64,000 bases of DNA from an uncultured Planctomycetales bacterium (GCA_964545575.1 CAZJFL010000008.1:18171-82170), one strand, 5' to 3'; positions 29,495 through 37,742 are shown, counted from the stretch's first letter. Notes: a model not told the origin generated them from the letters alone. Translations and numbers: made by a program.

Positions 29495-29551
29495 GGGACA
29501 CTTCTCGCTTTGGCTTAAGAAACGGCCCTTGTTTGGTTCAAGAAACGTCCC
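29495..29551. repeat. REP array right of RAYT (three 11-mers at 23-bp spacing)
   Basis: GGGACACTTCT 29495, AGAAACGGCCC 29518, AGAAACGTCCC 29541. Confidence 0.75.
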
Positions 29552-29582
29552 TAAGTTTTTGATGTTTTCTTCCGGATTTTAG

Positions 29583-29591
29583 TGGTATAAT
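29583..29591 (+). promoter_or_regulatory. Extended -10 promoter for the ECF gene
   Basis: TGGTATAAT 9 nt before the ATG; no SD sequence. Confidence 0.5.
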
Positions 29592-29600
29592 TAACTCGTC

Positions 29601-30209
29601 ATGGATGATTTGGAATTTGTCCAAAGATGTGTCAGAGGGGACGCGCACGCCTGGGACGAATTCATCGAGAAGTATTCCTGCCTCATCTACAACTATATCT
29701 ACAGCGTCTTAAAGATAAAAGGCGCAAAAGACCCCAATCAGGACAACCTAAACGACATCTTTCAGGAAATATTCGTCTTACTTAGAAAAGATAATTTTAA
29801 AAAACTAAGTAGTTTTAAAGCCAGGAACGGATGCTCCCTGGCCAGCTGGCTAAGGCAGGTGGTCATTAACTATAGCATAGATTACCTGCGTAAGGCAAAG
29901 CCCGCACTCTCTCTTGAAGAAGAGATAGGGGAAGACTTAACCCTCAAAGATATAATTGCTGACGACGCCGAATCCGCCCGCCAGGGCCTGCTCAGCGCAG
30001 AAAAAATCGCCGATTTAGCAGATTGCGTAGAGAAGCTGGATACGGAGGACAAATATTTTATTGAGTTGCACTTTAATCAGGGTTTAGATTTGGAAGAATT
30101 AAGGCGGGCGCTAGCGCTTTCGCGCGGAGCGGTGGATATGCGTAAAACCCGACTGATCGAACGCTTAAGGCAATGTTTTAAGAATAAAGGTTTCTGGTTA
30201 GATTTTTAA
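29601..30209 (+). CDS. ECF-type RNA polymerase sigma factor
   Basis: GDAHAWDEF, DIFQEIFV, SLASWL..N..IDYLRK (region 2); C-terminal region 4 HTH. Confidence 0.9.
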   Translation: MDDLEFVQRCVRGDAHAWDEFIEKYSCLIYNYIYSVLKIKGAKDPNQDNLNDIFQEIFVLLRKDNFKKLSSFKARNGCSLASWLRQVVINYSIDYLRKAKPALSLEEEIGEDLTLKDIIADDAESARQGLLSAEKIADLADCVEKLDTEDKYFIELHFNQGLDLEELRRALALSRGAVDMRKTRLIERLRQCFKNKGFWLDF

Positions 30210-30226
30210 TATCTATGCGTCTATTA
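30197..30226 (+). promoter_or_regulatory. Putative ECF promoter upstream of the anti-sigma/CHAT genes
   Basis: GTTAGA-N15-CGTCTATTA, ending 21 nt before ATG 30248. Confidence 0.7.
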
Positions 30227-30247
30227 TATTAGGAAAGGATTAGTCCC

Positions 30248-30955
30248 ATGCAGCATAAATTGGAGAAGTTAATCAAAATCGTCTATCATAAGTATAAGGC
30301 GGATAAAAGCGATAGCGGCCAAGCCCATCCGGATGAAGAAACCATGGCCTGTTTTTGGGAGGATAAACTTACGCCGCAAGAGAGAGAAAGGCTCCTGCTG
30401 CATATCACTAGCTGCGCCACCTGTGCTGAGGCTTCTGCCCTGCAGGCAAAAATATTAGCGGCGCAAGAAGAGCGGGCCGTGCCAGAAGGATTAATTGAGG
30501 CGGTAAAAAGTGCCTGCGCAGGGAAAGAGGGATTATTCTTTTTTGATATAGTTTTAAGGCTAAAGGAGAAAGTAGTGGAAATCCTTAATACTAGCGGCGA
30601 TATTCTGGTAGGGCAGGAGCTGGTGCCTGCGCCGGTATTACGCAGCCGCCAGATAAAGGATTTTAAAGACGAAGTGCATATCTTTAAGGATTTTAGCGAC
30701 ATCAGGGTTGAGGTAAAGGTAGAAAACAAACAGGGTAAGTCTTTTAATCTTACCGTAGTCGCCAGGGAAAAACAGACTGGGGGAGTGATTAAAGACTTAA
30801 GAATCAGTCTCTATAAAGACGAATTAGAACTTGAGTCATATGTTGCTTCTTCCGGAGCGGTCACTTTTGAGCACGTCTTACTGGGGCGATATAAGGTCGA
30901 GATATCTACCTTGGAAAAGAAACTGGCTGCGGTGTTGTTAGAGATCAAAGCATAA
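30248..30955 (+). CDS. Soluble zinc-binding anti-sigma factor (ZAS/zf-HC2) with C-terminal beta-sandwich
   Basis: HPDEE..HITSCATC (HxxxCxxC); no TM; C-terminal G.VTF..V..G.Y.VEI. Confidence 0.75.
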   Translation: MQHKLEKLIKIVYHKYKADKSDSGQAHPDEETMACFWEDKLTPQERERLLLHITSCATCAEASALQAKILAAQEERAVPEGLIEAVKSACAGKEGLFFFDIVLRLKEKVVEILNTSGDILVGQELVPAPVLRSRQIKDFKDEVHIFKDFSDIRVEVKVENKQGKSFNLTVVAREKQTGGVIKDLRISLYKDELELESYVASSGAVTFEHVLLGRYKVEISTLEKKLAAVLLEIKA

Positions 30956-30959
30956 TCCT

Positions 30960-33161
30960 ATGTCACAGGACTACGAGGCCTTAGTCTTAGAGGTATCCCG
31001 GCAGGCGGATCTGCTTAAGATGGGCATTTTCAAACAGGGGGAATCCGCCCAGACGATCCGGCATTATAGCCAGTGCCGGATAACCGCTGAGGAGGTCGAT
31101 AAGCTCTGCCAGGATTCAGCCTATATTTTACATAAGGTATCCCAGAGAAGCTCTCCAGGCCATGAGCCGCTTGCGGCCTTAAAGAAAATAGGGCAGTTGC
31201 TCTGGGACCAGATGCTGACCCGCCCGGTCAAAGAGAAGCTAAAAGACGCGCCGGCTAAAGGCTTAGTTTTATCTTTAGACGAAGAGCTGATGAACATCCC
31301 CTGGGAACTCCTCTATAGCGGAGAAGATTTCTTATGCCTTAAGTTTATCCTGGGCAGGGTCCTGATTACCAAAGATGAGACCCGCCCTGTCCAATACCGC
31401 AGTCTCGCCAATACTCCCTTGAAGATGCTAGTTTTGGCAAATCCCACCAATGACTTAAAAAGCGCCTATCAGGAAGGCGTGCAGCTGAAGAATCAGTTTG
31501 ACCGGATGAGAAAACAGGTACATATCGATTTTAAATCCACTCATATCGATACCATATACACCAAGAAGATATTGCGCGATTACGATATCGTGCATTTTGC
31601 CGGGCACTGCGAATATGATCAGGATAATCCTGAAAATACCGGTTGGCTGCTTAGCGACGGGAGGCTCAGCCCCCGGGATATCCTCTCGCTGGGTGAGACG
31701 CCGCCTCTACCGAGCCTGGTATTTTCCAATGCCTGCTATTCTGCTAAATGTACTTTGGGCTCGATAGGCCTGGATTACCAGAAAAAAACCTACAGTCTTG
31801 CTGCGGCATTTTTATTTTCCGGGGTGCGGCACTATATCGGGGCTATCCGTAATATAGAAGACCCGGCAAGCCTTGTCTTTGCCAGGGAGTTCTATCTGCA
31901 ATTGATTAAAGGCGAACCGGTGGGCGAATGCCTGCGCCTGGGGAGGCTAAAATTAATCAAGGAATACGGGCCGGGTTCTCTGCATTGGGCAAATTATCTT
32001 CTTTACGGAGACCCTAGCTTCATACTCCTCCCCGGCAAAACAAAGGCGCCCGCGGCGAGAATTAAAAGAAAGAAGCTGTCTAAGAAAGTAGTGCTAACTA
32101 TCGCCTTGGTAGTAGCGGTAGTCTCGCTTGCTGTTTATCTTTGGCTCTGGCTGCCCACCCTTAACCCCAGCGCATATTCGCTTTATCTAGAGAGCCGTAA
32201 ATTATCCTTAAAAGGCAGGAACATGGAGGTAATTACAATTGCCGAGCAGATTATTGGAAAAGACGCTTTATTCTTACCGGTTTATCCGTTGCTAGCCGAT
32301 ACCTATCAGAGACTAGGCAAGCGGGACCTGGCTTTAAAATATTATTTTGACTACATTCTCTACAGTGAAAAGAAGCGCGATCAGAAAAACCTCAGCGCCG
32401 CTTATACGGGTATCGGCTGGTTTTATCAGCAGCAGGGAGAATATGCCAAGTCATTTGATTTCTATCATAAGGCGCTTGCCTTAAGTAAGGAGAATAACGA
32501 TAAACTTAACGAAGCTACGGCGCTTCGGAAGCTGGCTTTATGGTATACGGATAAAGAAGATTACGCTAAAGCGCTTGAGCTCCTGACTAAAAGTTCCGAG
32601 ATCAATCGGGAGCGGCAGCATATTTATGAGCACCGCTATAACTTAGCCTGCGATTATTTTGATATCGGGCTGGTTTTTAGCGATAGGGATGAGTTTGATA
32701 GCGCTAAAGAGTTTTACCAGAAAAGCCGGGCCGTGTTTGATAAATTAGAATTAAAGCGTGAATTAAGCGACTATTATTTTAATCTCGGAGAAATATGCCA
32801 GTACGAAAAACAGTATCAGAAAGCCCGGGATTATTATTTTAAGGGTTTAAAAATTGACCAGGTGCAGGGCAACCTGCCAAGTATCGCCAGCGATTACGAG
32901 ATGATCGGAGCGCTTTACCTGGAGATGGGTAATGAGGGCGAGGCAGAACGGTTCTTCCTGCAATCGGCCGCTACCGCCAAAACCATAGACGCGCCGCTTG
33001 AACTGGCCGCGGCTTATTACGACTTAGGCGCGCTCTATAAGCAGAAAGGCCGTAAGAACAAAGCCCGGGAATATTTCCGGCAGGCGCAAGAGATTTATCT
33101 TAAGATCAATCACCCGGCTTACACAGAGATTAAAGAAGAATTACTGGAGATGAGTAATTAA
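30960..33161 (+). CDS. CHAT (caspase-like) protease - TM - TPR protein
   Basis: IPWELL, IVHFAGH and FSNAC dyad, FAREFY, W..Y.LYGDP; basic patch plus TM at aa ~378-398; TPR repeats to the C-terminus. Confidence 0.9.
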   Translation: MSQDYEALVLEVSRQADLLKMGIFKQGESAQTIRHYSQCRITAEEVDKLCQDSAYILHKVSQRSSPGHEPLAALKKIGQLLWDQMLTRPVKEKLKDAPAKGLVLSLDEELMNIPWELLYSGEDFLCLKFILGRVLITKDETRPVQYRSLANTPLKMLVLANPTNDLKSAYQEGVQLKNQFDRMRKQVHIDFKSTHIDTIYTKKILRDYDIVHFAGHCEYDQDNPENTGWLLSDGRLSPRDILSLGETPPLPSLVFSNACYSAKCTLGSIGLDYQKKTYSLAAAFLFSGVRHYIGAIRNIEDPASLVFAREFYLQLIKGEPVGECLRLGRLKLIKEYGPGSLHWANYLLYGDPSFILLPGKTKAPAARIKRKKLSKKVVLTIALVVAVVSLAVYLWLWLPTLNPSAYSLYLESRKLSLKGRNMEVITIAEQIIGKDALFLPVYPLLADTYQRLGKRDLALKYYFDYILYSEKKRDQKNLSAAYTGIGWFYQQQGEYAKSFDFYHKALALSKENNDKLNEATALRKLALWYTDKEDYAKALELLTKSSEINRERQHIYEHRYNLACDYFDIGLVFSDRDEFDSAKEFYQKSRAVFDKLELKRELSDYYFNLGEICQYEKQYQKARDYYFKGLKIDQVQGNLPSIASDYEMIGALYLEMGNEGEAERFFLQSAATAKTIDAPLELAAAYYDLGALYKQKGRKNKAREYFRQAQEIYLKINHPAYTEIKEELLEMSN

Positions 33162-33171
33162 TAATATAGCA

Positions 33172-33210
33172 ATAAAAAAGCCCTCGTTTGTTACCCGAGG
33201 GCTTTTTTAT
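33172..33210. terminator. Bidirectional intrinsic terminator
   Basis: ATAAAAAAGCCCTCG/CGAGGGCTTTTTTAT between convergent genes. Confidence 0.85.
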
Positions 33211-33228
33211 TTTTAAAGAGAAGATCGG

Positions 33229-33642
33229 TTATTTTACTCTTGTTGATGCTGGATTCGGTTCCGACGGAGGATACGGCGGTGAGTCTCCTGTTGGTACACC
33301 TACCGTACCTGACGGGCCATACCTGTCAAACACGTAGTCCGGTTTAAAAAGCGGCTCATAATATCTCGGTATCGCTGCCGGGAAAGTTATTATGTCCCAT
33401 ATTCCGGAAAACATCCTTCCTGCCGTAAATGCTAATCCCTTGAAGAATCCGGCAAAGCAACCCACAGCCATATTCTTGCTGATTTTCCACTCTTCATCCA
33501 TTGTCTGGGGTATTTCTACCCAACAAGACAAGATGTTTGCTACGCCCCTGGTTAATTTATCGCCGGGACCCTTGGCGTATGCCGCTGCGGCAAAACTTAA
33601 CAACATCACACCTACCAATAAGACAACTACTATACTCCTCAT
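33229..33642 (-). CDS. Exosortase-system-associated (TIGR04073-like) exported protein
   Basis: Signal peptide; KLTRGVANI..W.EIP..G..KG..R..SG..DIITFP; AGGAGG RBS before ATG 33642. Confidence 0.7.
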   Translation of the reverse strand: MRSIVVVLLVGVMLLSFAAAAYAKGPGDKLTRGVANILSCWVEIPQTMDEEWKISKNMAVGCFAGFFKGLAFTAGRMFSGIWDIITFPAAIPRYYEPLFKPDYVFDRYGPSGTVGVPTGDSPPYPPSEPNPASTRVK

Positions 33643-33715
33643 ATATCCACCTCCTTTGAAAGATAAACTAACATACAATCCGGCTATTGTCAATATTTTT
33701 TTTAAAAAAATTCCA

Positions 33716-33745
33716 GTTAGATTTCAACACTTCTTGCGTCTATTA
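33716..33745 (+). promoter_or_regulatory. Putative ECF promoter upstream of the beta-propeller gene
   Basis: GTTAGA-N15-CGTCTATTA. Confidence 0.7.
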
Positions 33746-33854
33746 AGTGAGGGCACAAGTTATGGAGCAGTCTACTGCAGAGAGGCGACATAACTTGTAT
33801 GCCCGAACTTATCCCGAGTGCAGACACGAAGGATTATGGGTAGGAGGTGGCAAG

Positions 33855-35417
33855 ATGAAAAAACATATCGTAGTAATGCTGGTAGTTTGCGGCCTAGCGC
33901 TGGTGTCTTCAGGCGTCAGTTCTTCTGCCGAGGAGCTTGCCTGGCAGGAGATAGCCAGGGGCAGGCCGGATTTAAGCACGGTGCTGGTTGATACGCAAGA
34001 TCCGCGGATTATTTATTGCGGTTCGGGGAACACTATTTTTAAAACAGAGGACAGTGCGCAAAGTTGGCAAAGCGTTTTATCCCTGTCCGGCCGGGATAAA
34101 ACCGTCAATCTATTATCTTTCGATCCTTATAATAAGAACGCTCTTTATGCCGCAGCTAAGGCAGGGCTTTTCTATAGCCTCAATCAGGGAAGAAATTGGC
34201 GCAGGATTTTCCGCGGCAAAAATTACCTGGAGAGCGACTGCACGGCATTGGCAATTTTACCTGAAGGCATTTATTTAGGTACCAAAGCAGGGTTGTTTTT
34301 AAGCAAGGATAGGGGCCGCAGCTGGTATAAAGAAAAATCATTTCTCTCCAGCAGCCATATCTTAGCGATTGCTTATGATGCCAGAGAGCCGGATTATCTT
34401 TATGTTGCCTCTAGCAACGGAGTATTTAAAACCGCAGACGGCGGCCGTAATTGGGAGAGGGTTTTTATCGGCAGTCCGTCCGAAAACGGCGCGGATACCC
34501 CTGAAGATGATCTTGGTAACAGAGACGAAGAGGTGAGATTTTCCGATATAAAGCATATTGCCATTGACCCGCAAAATCTTAATTGCCTGTATCTGGCAAC
34601 CTCCCGCGGTGTTTATCAGACTAAAGATAGAGGCAAGAACTGGGAATTGCTGACTACGTTTGGCTTACTCAGTAAAGACGTAAGATTTGTTTTGGCCTCT
34701 TCAGGAAAAAATCTTTATGCCGCCACCAAATCAGCGGTGTTTGTATTTAACCAGGAGCGTTGGGAGGAGCTGTCGTTAAGGCTGCCTACGGAAGAAGTCA
34801 GGTTTTTAGCATCCGACAGCCGGGGAAACTTATACGCCGCCTGCGATAAAGGATTATTTAAGGCGGTTATAGATTATTCGGATAGTTATCAAGATAAAAA
34901 AATTACAGCAGCATCTGCTGAAGGAGAGCCGGATATCCGCCAGGTGCAACAGGCGGCAATTCGCTATGCCGAAGTAGAGCCGGAGAAGATAAAAAAATGG
35001 CGCAGGCAGGCAGCGCATAAAGCATTGCTGCCTACGTTGAGCGTCGGTATAGACCGGGATACCGGAGATCTCTGGCACTGGGAGGGCGGTTCCAGCACCA
35101 AGCCGGAAGATGATGTCTTAAGAAGGGGCCGCGATAGTATAGGTTGGGATGTGTCTTTAAGCTGGAATCTGGGAGAATTGATCTGGAACGACGACCAGAC
35201 TTCCATAGATGTGCGTTCGCGCCTGATGGTCGAGCTGCGCGACGACATCCTGGATGAGGTGACTAAGCTATATTTTGAACGCCTGAGAATCAAAGCAGAA
35301 TTAGATAACTTGGCTATCGAAGACAGGAAGAAGCGCTTTGAAAAAGAGTTAAGGCTGCGGGAGCTGACTGCCAACCTTGATGCGCTGACCGGAGGATATT
35401 TTTCAGAGCATACTTGA
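33855..35417 (+). CDS. Exported Asp-box beta-propeller fused to a single TolC/OEP-like repeat
   Basis: AGGAGGT RBS; signal peptide; five Asp-box-like S/T-x-D-x-G-x-x-W units; C-terminal ALLPTLSV..VSLSWNL..VTKLYF..LDALTG. Confidence 0.7.
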   Translation: MKKHIVVMLVVCGLALVSSGVSSSAEELAWQEIARGRPDLSTVLVDTQDPRIIYCGSGNTIFKTEDSAQSWQSVLSLSGRDKTVNLLSFDPYNKNALYAAAKAGLFYSLNQGRNWRRIFRGKNYLESDCTALAILPEGIYLGTKAGLFLSKDRGRSWYKEKSFLSSSHILAIAYDAREPDYLYVASSNGVFKTADGGRNWERVFIGSPSENGADTPEDDLGNRDEEVRFSDIKHIAIDPQNLNCLYLATSRGVYQTKDRGKNWELLTTFGLLSKDVRFVLASSGKNLYAATKSAVFVFNQERWEELSLRLPTEEVRFLASDSRGNLYAACDKGLFKAVIDYSDSYQDKKITAASAEGEPDIRQVQQAAIRYAEVEPEKIKKWRRQAAHKALLPTLSVGIDRDTGDLWHWEGGSSTKPEDDVLRRGRDSIGWDVSLSWNLGELIWNDDQTSIDVRSRLMVELRDDILDEVTKLYFERLRIKAELDNLAIEDRKKRFEKELRLRELTANLDALTGGYFSEHT

Positions 35418-35442
35418 CAGGGGCAAAAAAAGAGGTTATACT
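35414..35442 (+). promoter_or_regulatory. Sigma70 promoter
   Basis: TTGACA-17 nt-TATACT. Confidence 0.65.
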
Positions 35443-35451
35443 ATCACTGGT

Positions 35452-35494
35452 AATAAAAGCCACGGAACGAATTCTCGCCGTGGCTTTTTATTTT
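35452..35494 (+). terminator. Intrinsic terminator-like hairpin
   Basis: AAAAGCCACGG/CCGTGGCTTTT plus T tract. Confidence 0.75.
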
Positions 35495-35520
35495 AACCGC
35501 TTCCAAGCAGGAAGAGAATT

Positions 35521-35844
35521 ATGGAAGAAGCCGATGTTTTAAACAGAAGGGCTTTCCGCAGGATTCCGGTAGAACTTTCTTTGAGATTCTTTTCCCCGCG
35601 CTCCAACGCATGGCGCCTGGTGAAAACTTCTGATATTAGCGCGCAGGGAATAGGCTTATTGACGGAAGATAAGTTAATGCCAAATACCCCTTTAGAGACC
35701 TGGCTGCCGGTCCCCGATACCGGAGAATCTTTGTATAGCCGGGGGGAAGTGGCCTGGTCAAAAAGATTAGCGCCCCGTAAGTACAGGGTGGGAGTCAATT
35801 TAGAAAAACCGGATTTGATCTCCCGCCTCCTCCAGACGCGTTAA
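35521..35844 (+). CDS. Single PilZ domain protein
   Basis: RRAFRR (RxxxR) and DISAQG (DxSxxG). Confidence 0.85.
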   Translation: MEEADVLNRRAFRRIPVELSLRFFSPRSNAWRLVKTSDISAQGIGLLTEDKLMPNTPLETWLPVPDTGESLYSRGEVAWSKRLAPRKYRVGVNLEKPDLISRLLQTR

Positions 35845-35867
35845 CACTTCTAAAATCTTTTACTCAT

Positions 35868-35963
35868 AATCGTTTTGCTGCGGGTTTGTTCGCGTGCGGT
35901 CCGCCAAAATTTGTGGCGGACTTATTGCACGCTCATAAATCCCTCCGCAAAACTAAAACGATT
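35868..35963. repeat. ~96-bp nested hairpin with GTCCGCCA/TGGCGGAC apex
   Basis: AATCGTTTT/AAAACGATT, TGCGG/CCGCA, GCGTGC/GCACGC and GTCCGCCA/TGGCGGAC arms. Confidence 0.6.
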
Positions 35964-36024
35964 GGCTAAAATCAACATTCCTGTCTGTCGCAGGCACTCG
36001 AAATAAAGTCTACACGATTACTAA

Positions 36025-36260
36025 TTTGCGGGTGGCTTGGCTGGATTCCCTGCCTGCCGGCAGGCAGGGAGCGCGGCGTCCGAGGAACCCGAGCGGGCAC
36101 GGTTCACCCGCTATCAGATGCTCAGTGAGAGCGAGGGTCCGCAGGCCGAGCGCAGTTTTGCCACGCTGGGGCGAAACAAGCGTCCGCGCGAGAACCAGCC
36201 AAGACAGGGCCCGCGACATCGTAAAAGTGCACCTAAAGCGAGCAGCTCGAGACCCGCAAA
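36025..36260. mobile_element. GC-rich MITE-like or structured non-coding element
   Basis: TTTGCGGGT/ACCCGCAAA termini; internal CTTGGCTGG/CCAGCCAAG; 24-bp perfect palindrome at 36047-36070. Confidence 0.45.
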
Positions 36261-36333
36261 ATCTCTTGCATTTTTATACCGTTTGTGATATCTTATAGCC
36301 CTGTCCCGTCCTTTATTTAACCCATTAAGCAAG

Positions 36334-36654
36334 ATGGCCTTATTACATTTAACCGACAGCAATTTCAAGAAAGAAGTTTTAGAATCGCCTATTGCGGTGC
36401 TGGTCGATTTCTGGGCCACCTGGTGCGGCCCCTGCAAGATGATCGCGCCCCTGATTGAAGAATTAGCCAGGGAATATCAGGGAAAGATGAAAATCGCCAA
36501 GCTCAATGTGGAGGAAAGCCCGAGAACTGCTACGCAATACGCAATAATGTCCATCCCTACCCTGTCCTTCTTTAAAGACGGCAAAGTTATGGAGCAGGTG
36601 GTAGGCATCTTAAGTAAATCCGAACTGAAGAAGAAGATAGAGCAGAACTTGTAA
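36334..36654 (+). CDS. trxA: Thioredoxin
   Basis: DFWATWCGPCK, SIPT. Confidence 0.95.
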   Translation: MALLHLTDSNFKKEVLESPIAVLVDFWATWCGPCKMIAPLIEELAREYQGKMKIAKLNVEESPRTATQYAIMSIPTLSFFKDGKVMEQVVGILSKSELKKKIEQNL

Positions 36655-37742
36655 TGAAAAAAATATTTATCGCTGCCACTAAGCAGAACGACGGCAAAAC
36701 CACGGTTTGCCTGGGGCTGATCCGCAACTTACAGGATAGATTCAAGAGGGTGGGTTTTATTAAACCCATCGGCCAGCGCTACCTCGAAGAAGAGGGTTTA
36801 AAGATAGACGAAGATTCCTGGTTTATCGAAGAGGTCTGTGGCATAAAGTGCGGGCTAAAAGATATGAGCCCTATTGCCGTGGAAAAAGGCTTTACCGAGA
36901 AATACATCGTCCGGCCGGATAAAAAATCGATTACCTCACAGATCAAAAAGGCTTTTGCGCATGTATCGAAGAGGCAGAAGCTGGTGGTCATCGAAGGGAC
37001 GGGCCATGCCGGGGTAGGCTCGGTGTTCGACCACTCCAACGCCGTGGTGGCTAAGCTCCTCGGTTCCAAAGTGATTATCATCTCCTCCGGAGGCATCGGC
37101 AGGCCGATAGACGAAATATTATTGAACAAGGGGCTTTTTGAACAAGAGGGGGTCAAGGTATTAGGCGCGATTGTGAATAAAGTCCTTCCGGAAAAATACG
37201 ACAAGATTAACCGCCTGGTAAGGCAGGGTCTGAAAAGAAAGGGAGTGGATGTTCTGGGGGTGATCCCCTACAACCCTATGCTTTCTTTTCCCACCGTCGA
37301 GCAGATACTGGAAGAGACCGATTTTGAACTTTTATGCGGCGGGGACTATTTAGAGAACTCTGTTTCCAAAATCCTGGTGGGGGCAATGGAGCCCCGCGAT
37401 GCGGTAAAATATATCGTTGATGATAGCCTGATGATTACCCCCGCAGACCGCGAGGATATGGTGATGACGGCCTTAGAGTGTTTCCGCGCGGATGAAAAGA
37501 CCAGGCTAAAAGTATCGGGGATGATCCTGACCGGCGATGCGGCACCTGACGGGCAGATCATTGATTTATTGGGCAGGGCAAAAATCCCCGTCTTATTAGC
37601 AAAGACCGATACCTATGCGGTAGTCTCCTGCGTGCACGACCTTACGGTAAAGCTCAGGCCCCGCGATAAAGCCAAGGTTAGCGCGGCGGTAGAATTGATT
37701 AAAAATAACGTAGATTTTGCTAAAATATTAAAGGGGATTTAG
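36654..37742 (+). CDS. P-loop (BioD-like) + DRTGG domain protein, resembling the Pta N-terminal region
   Basis: DGKTT, FIKPIG, IEGTG, VGAM..ITPADRED. Confidence 0.8.
   Translation: MKKIFIAATKQNDGKTTVCLGLIRNLQDRFKRVGFIKPIGQRYLEEEGLKIDEDSWFIEEVCGIKCGLKDMSPIAVEKGFTEKYIVRPDKKSITSQIKKAFAHVSKRQKLVVIEGTGHAGVGSVFDHSNAVVAKLLGSKVIIISSGGIGRPIDEILLNKGLFEQEGVKVLGAIVNKVLPEKYDKINRLVRQGLKRKGVDVLGVIPYNPMLSFPTVEQILEETDFELLCGGDYLENSVSKILVGAMEPRDAVKYIVDDSLMITPADREDMVMTALECFRADEKTRLKVSGMILTGDAAPDGQIIDLLGRAKIPVLLAKTDTYAVVSCVHDLTVKLRPRDKAKVSAAVELIKNNVDFAKILKGI

Noticed and set aside
28876-29551. Mini-CRISPR arrays
   Set aside because: Units are only 11 bp with 12-bp gaps and mixed orientation; no cas genes.
35420-35490. 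c-di-GMP-I riboswitch before PilZ (GGCAAA..AAAGCCACGG)
   Set aside because: No GNRA-capped stem or receptor helix; promoter plus terminator explains the sequence.
36010-36437. Overlapping Arg/Ala-rich ORFs on both strands
   Set aside because: By-products of the GC-rich palindromic element; no RBS or recognisable motifs.
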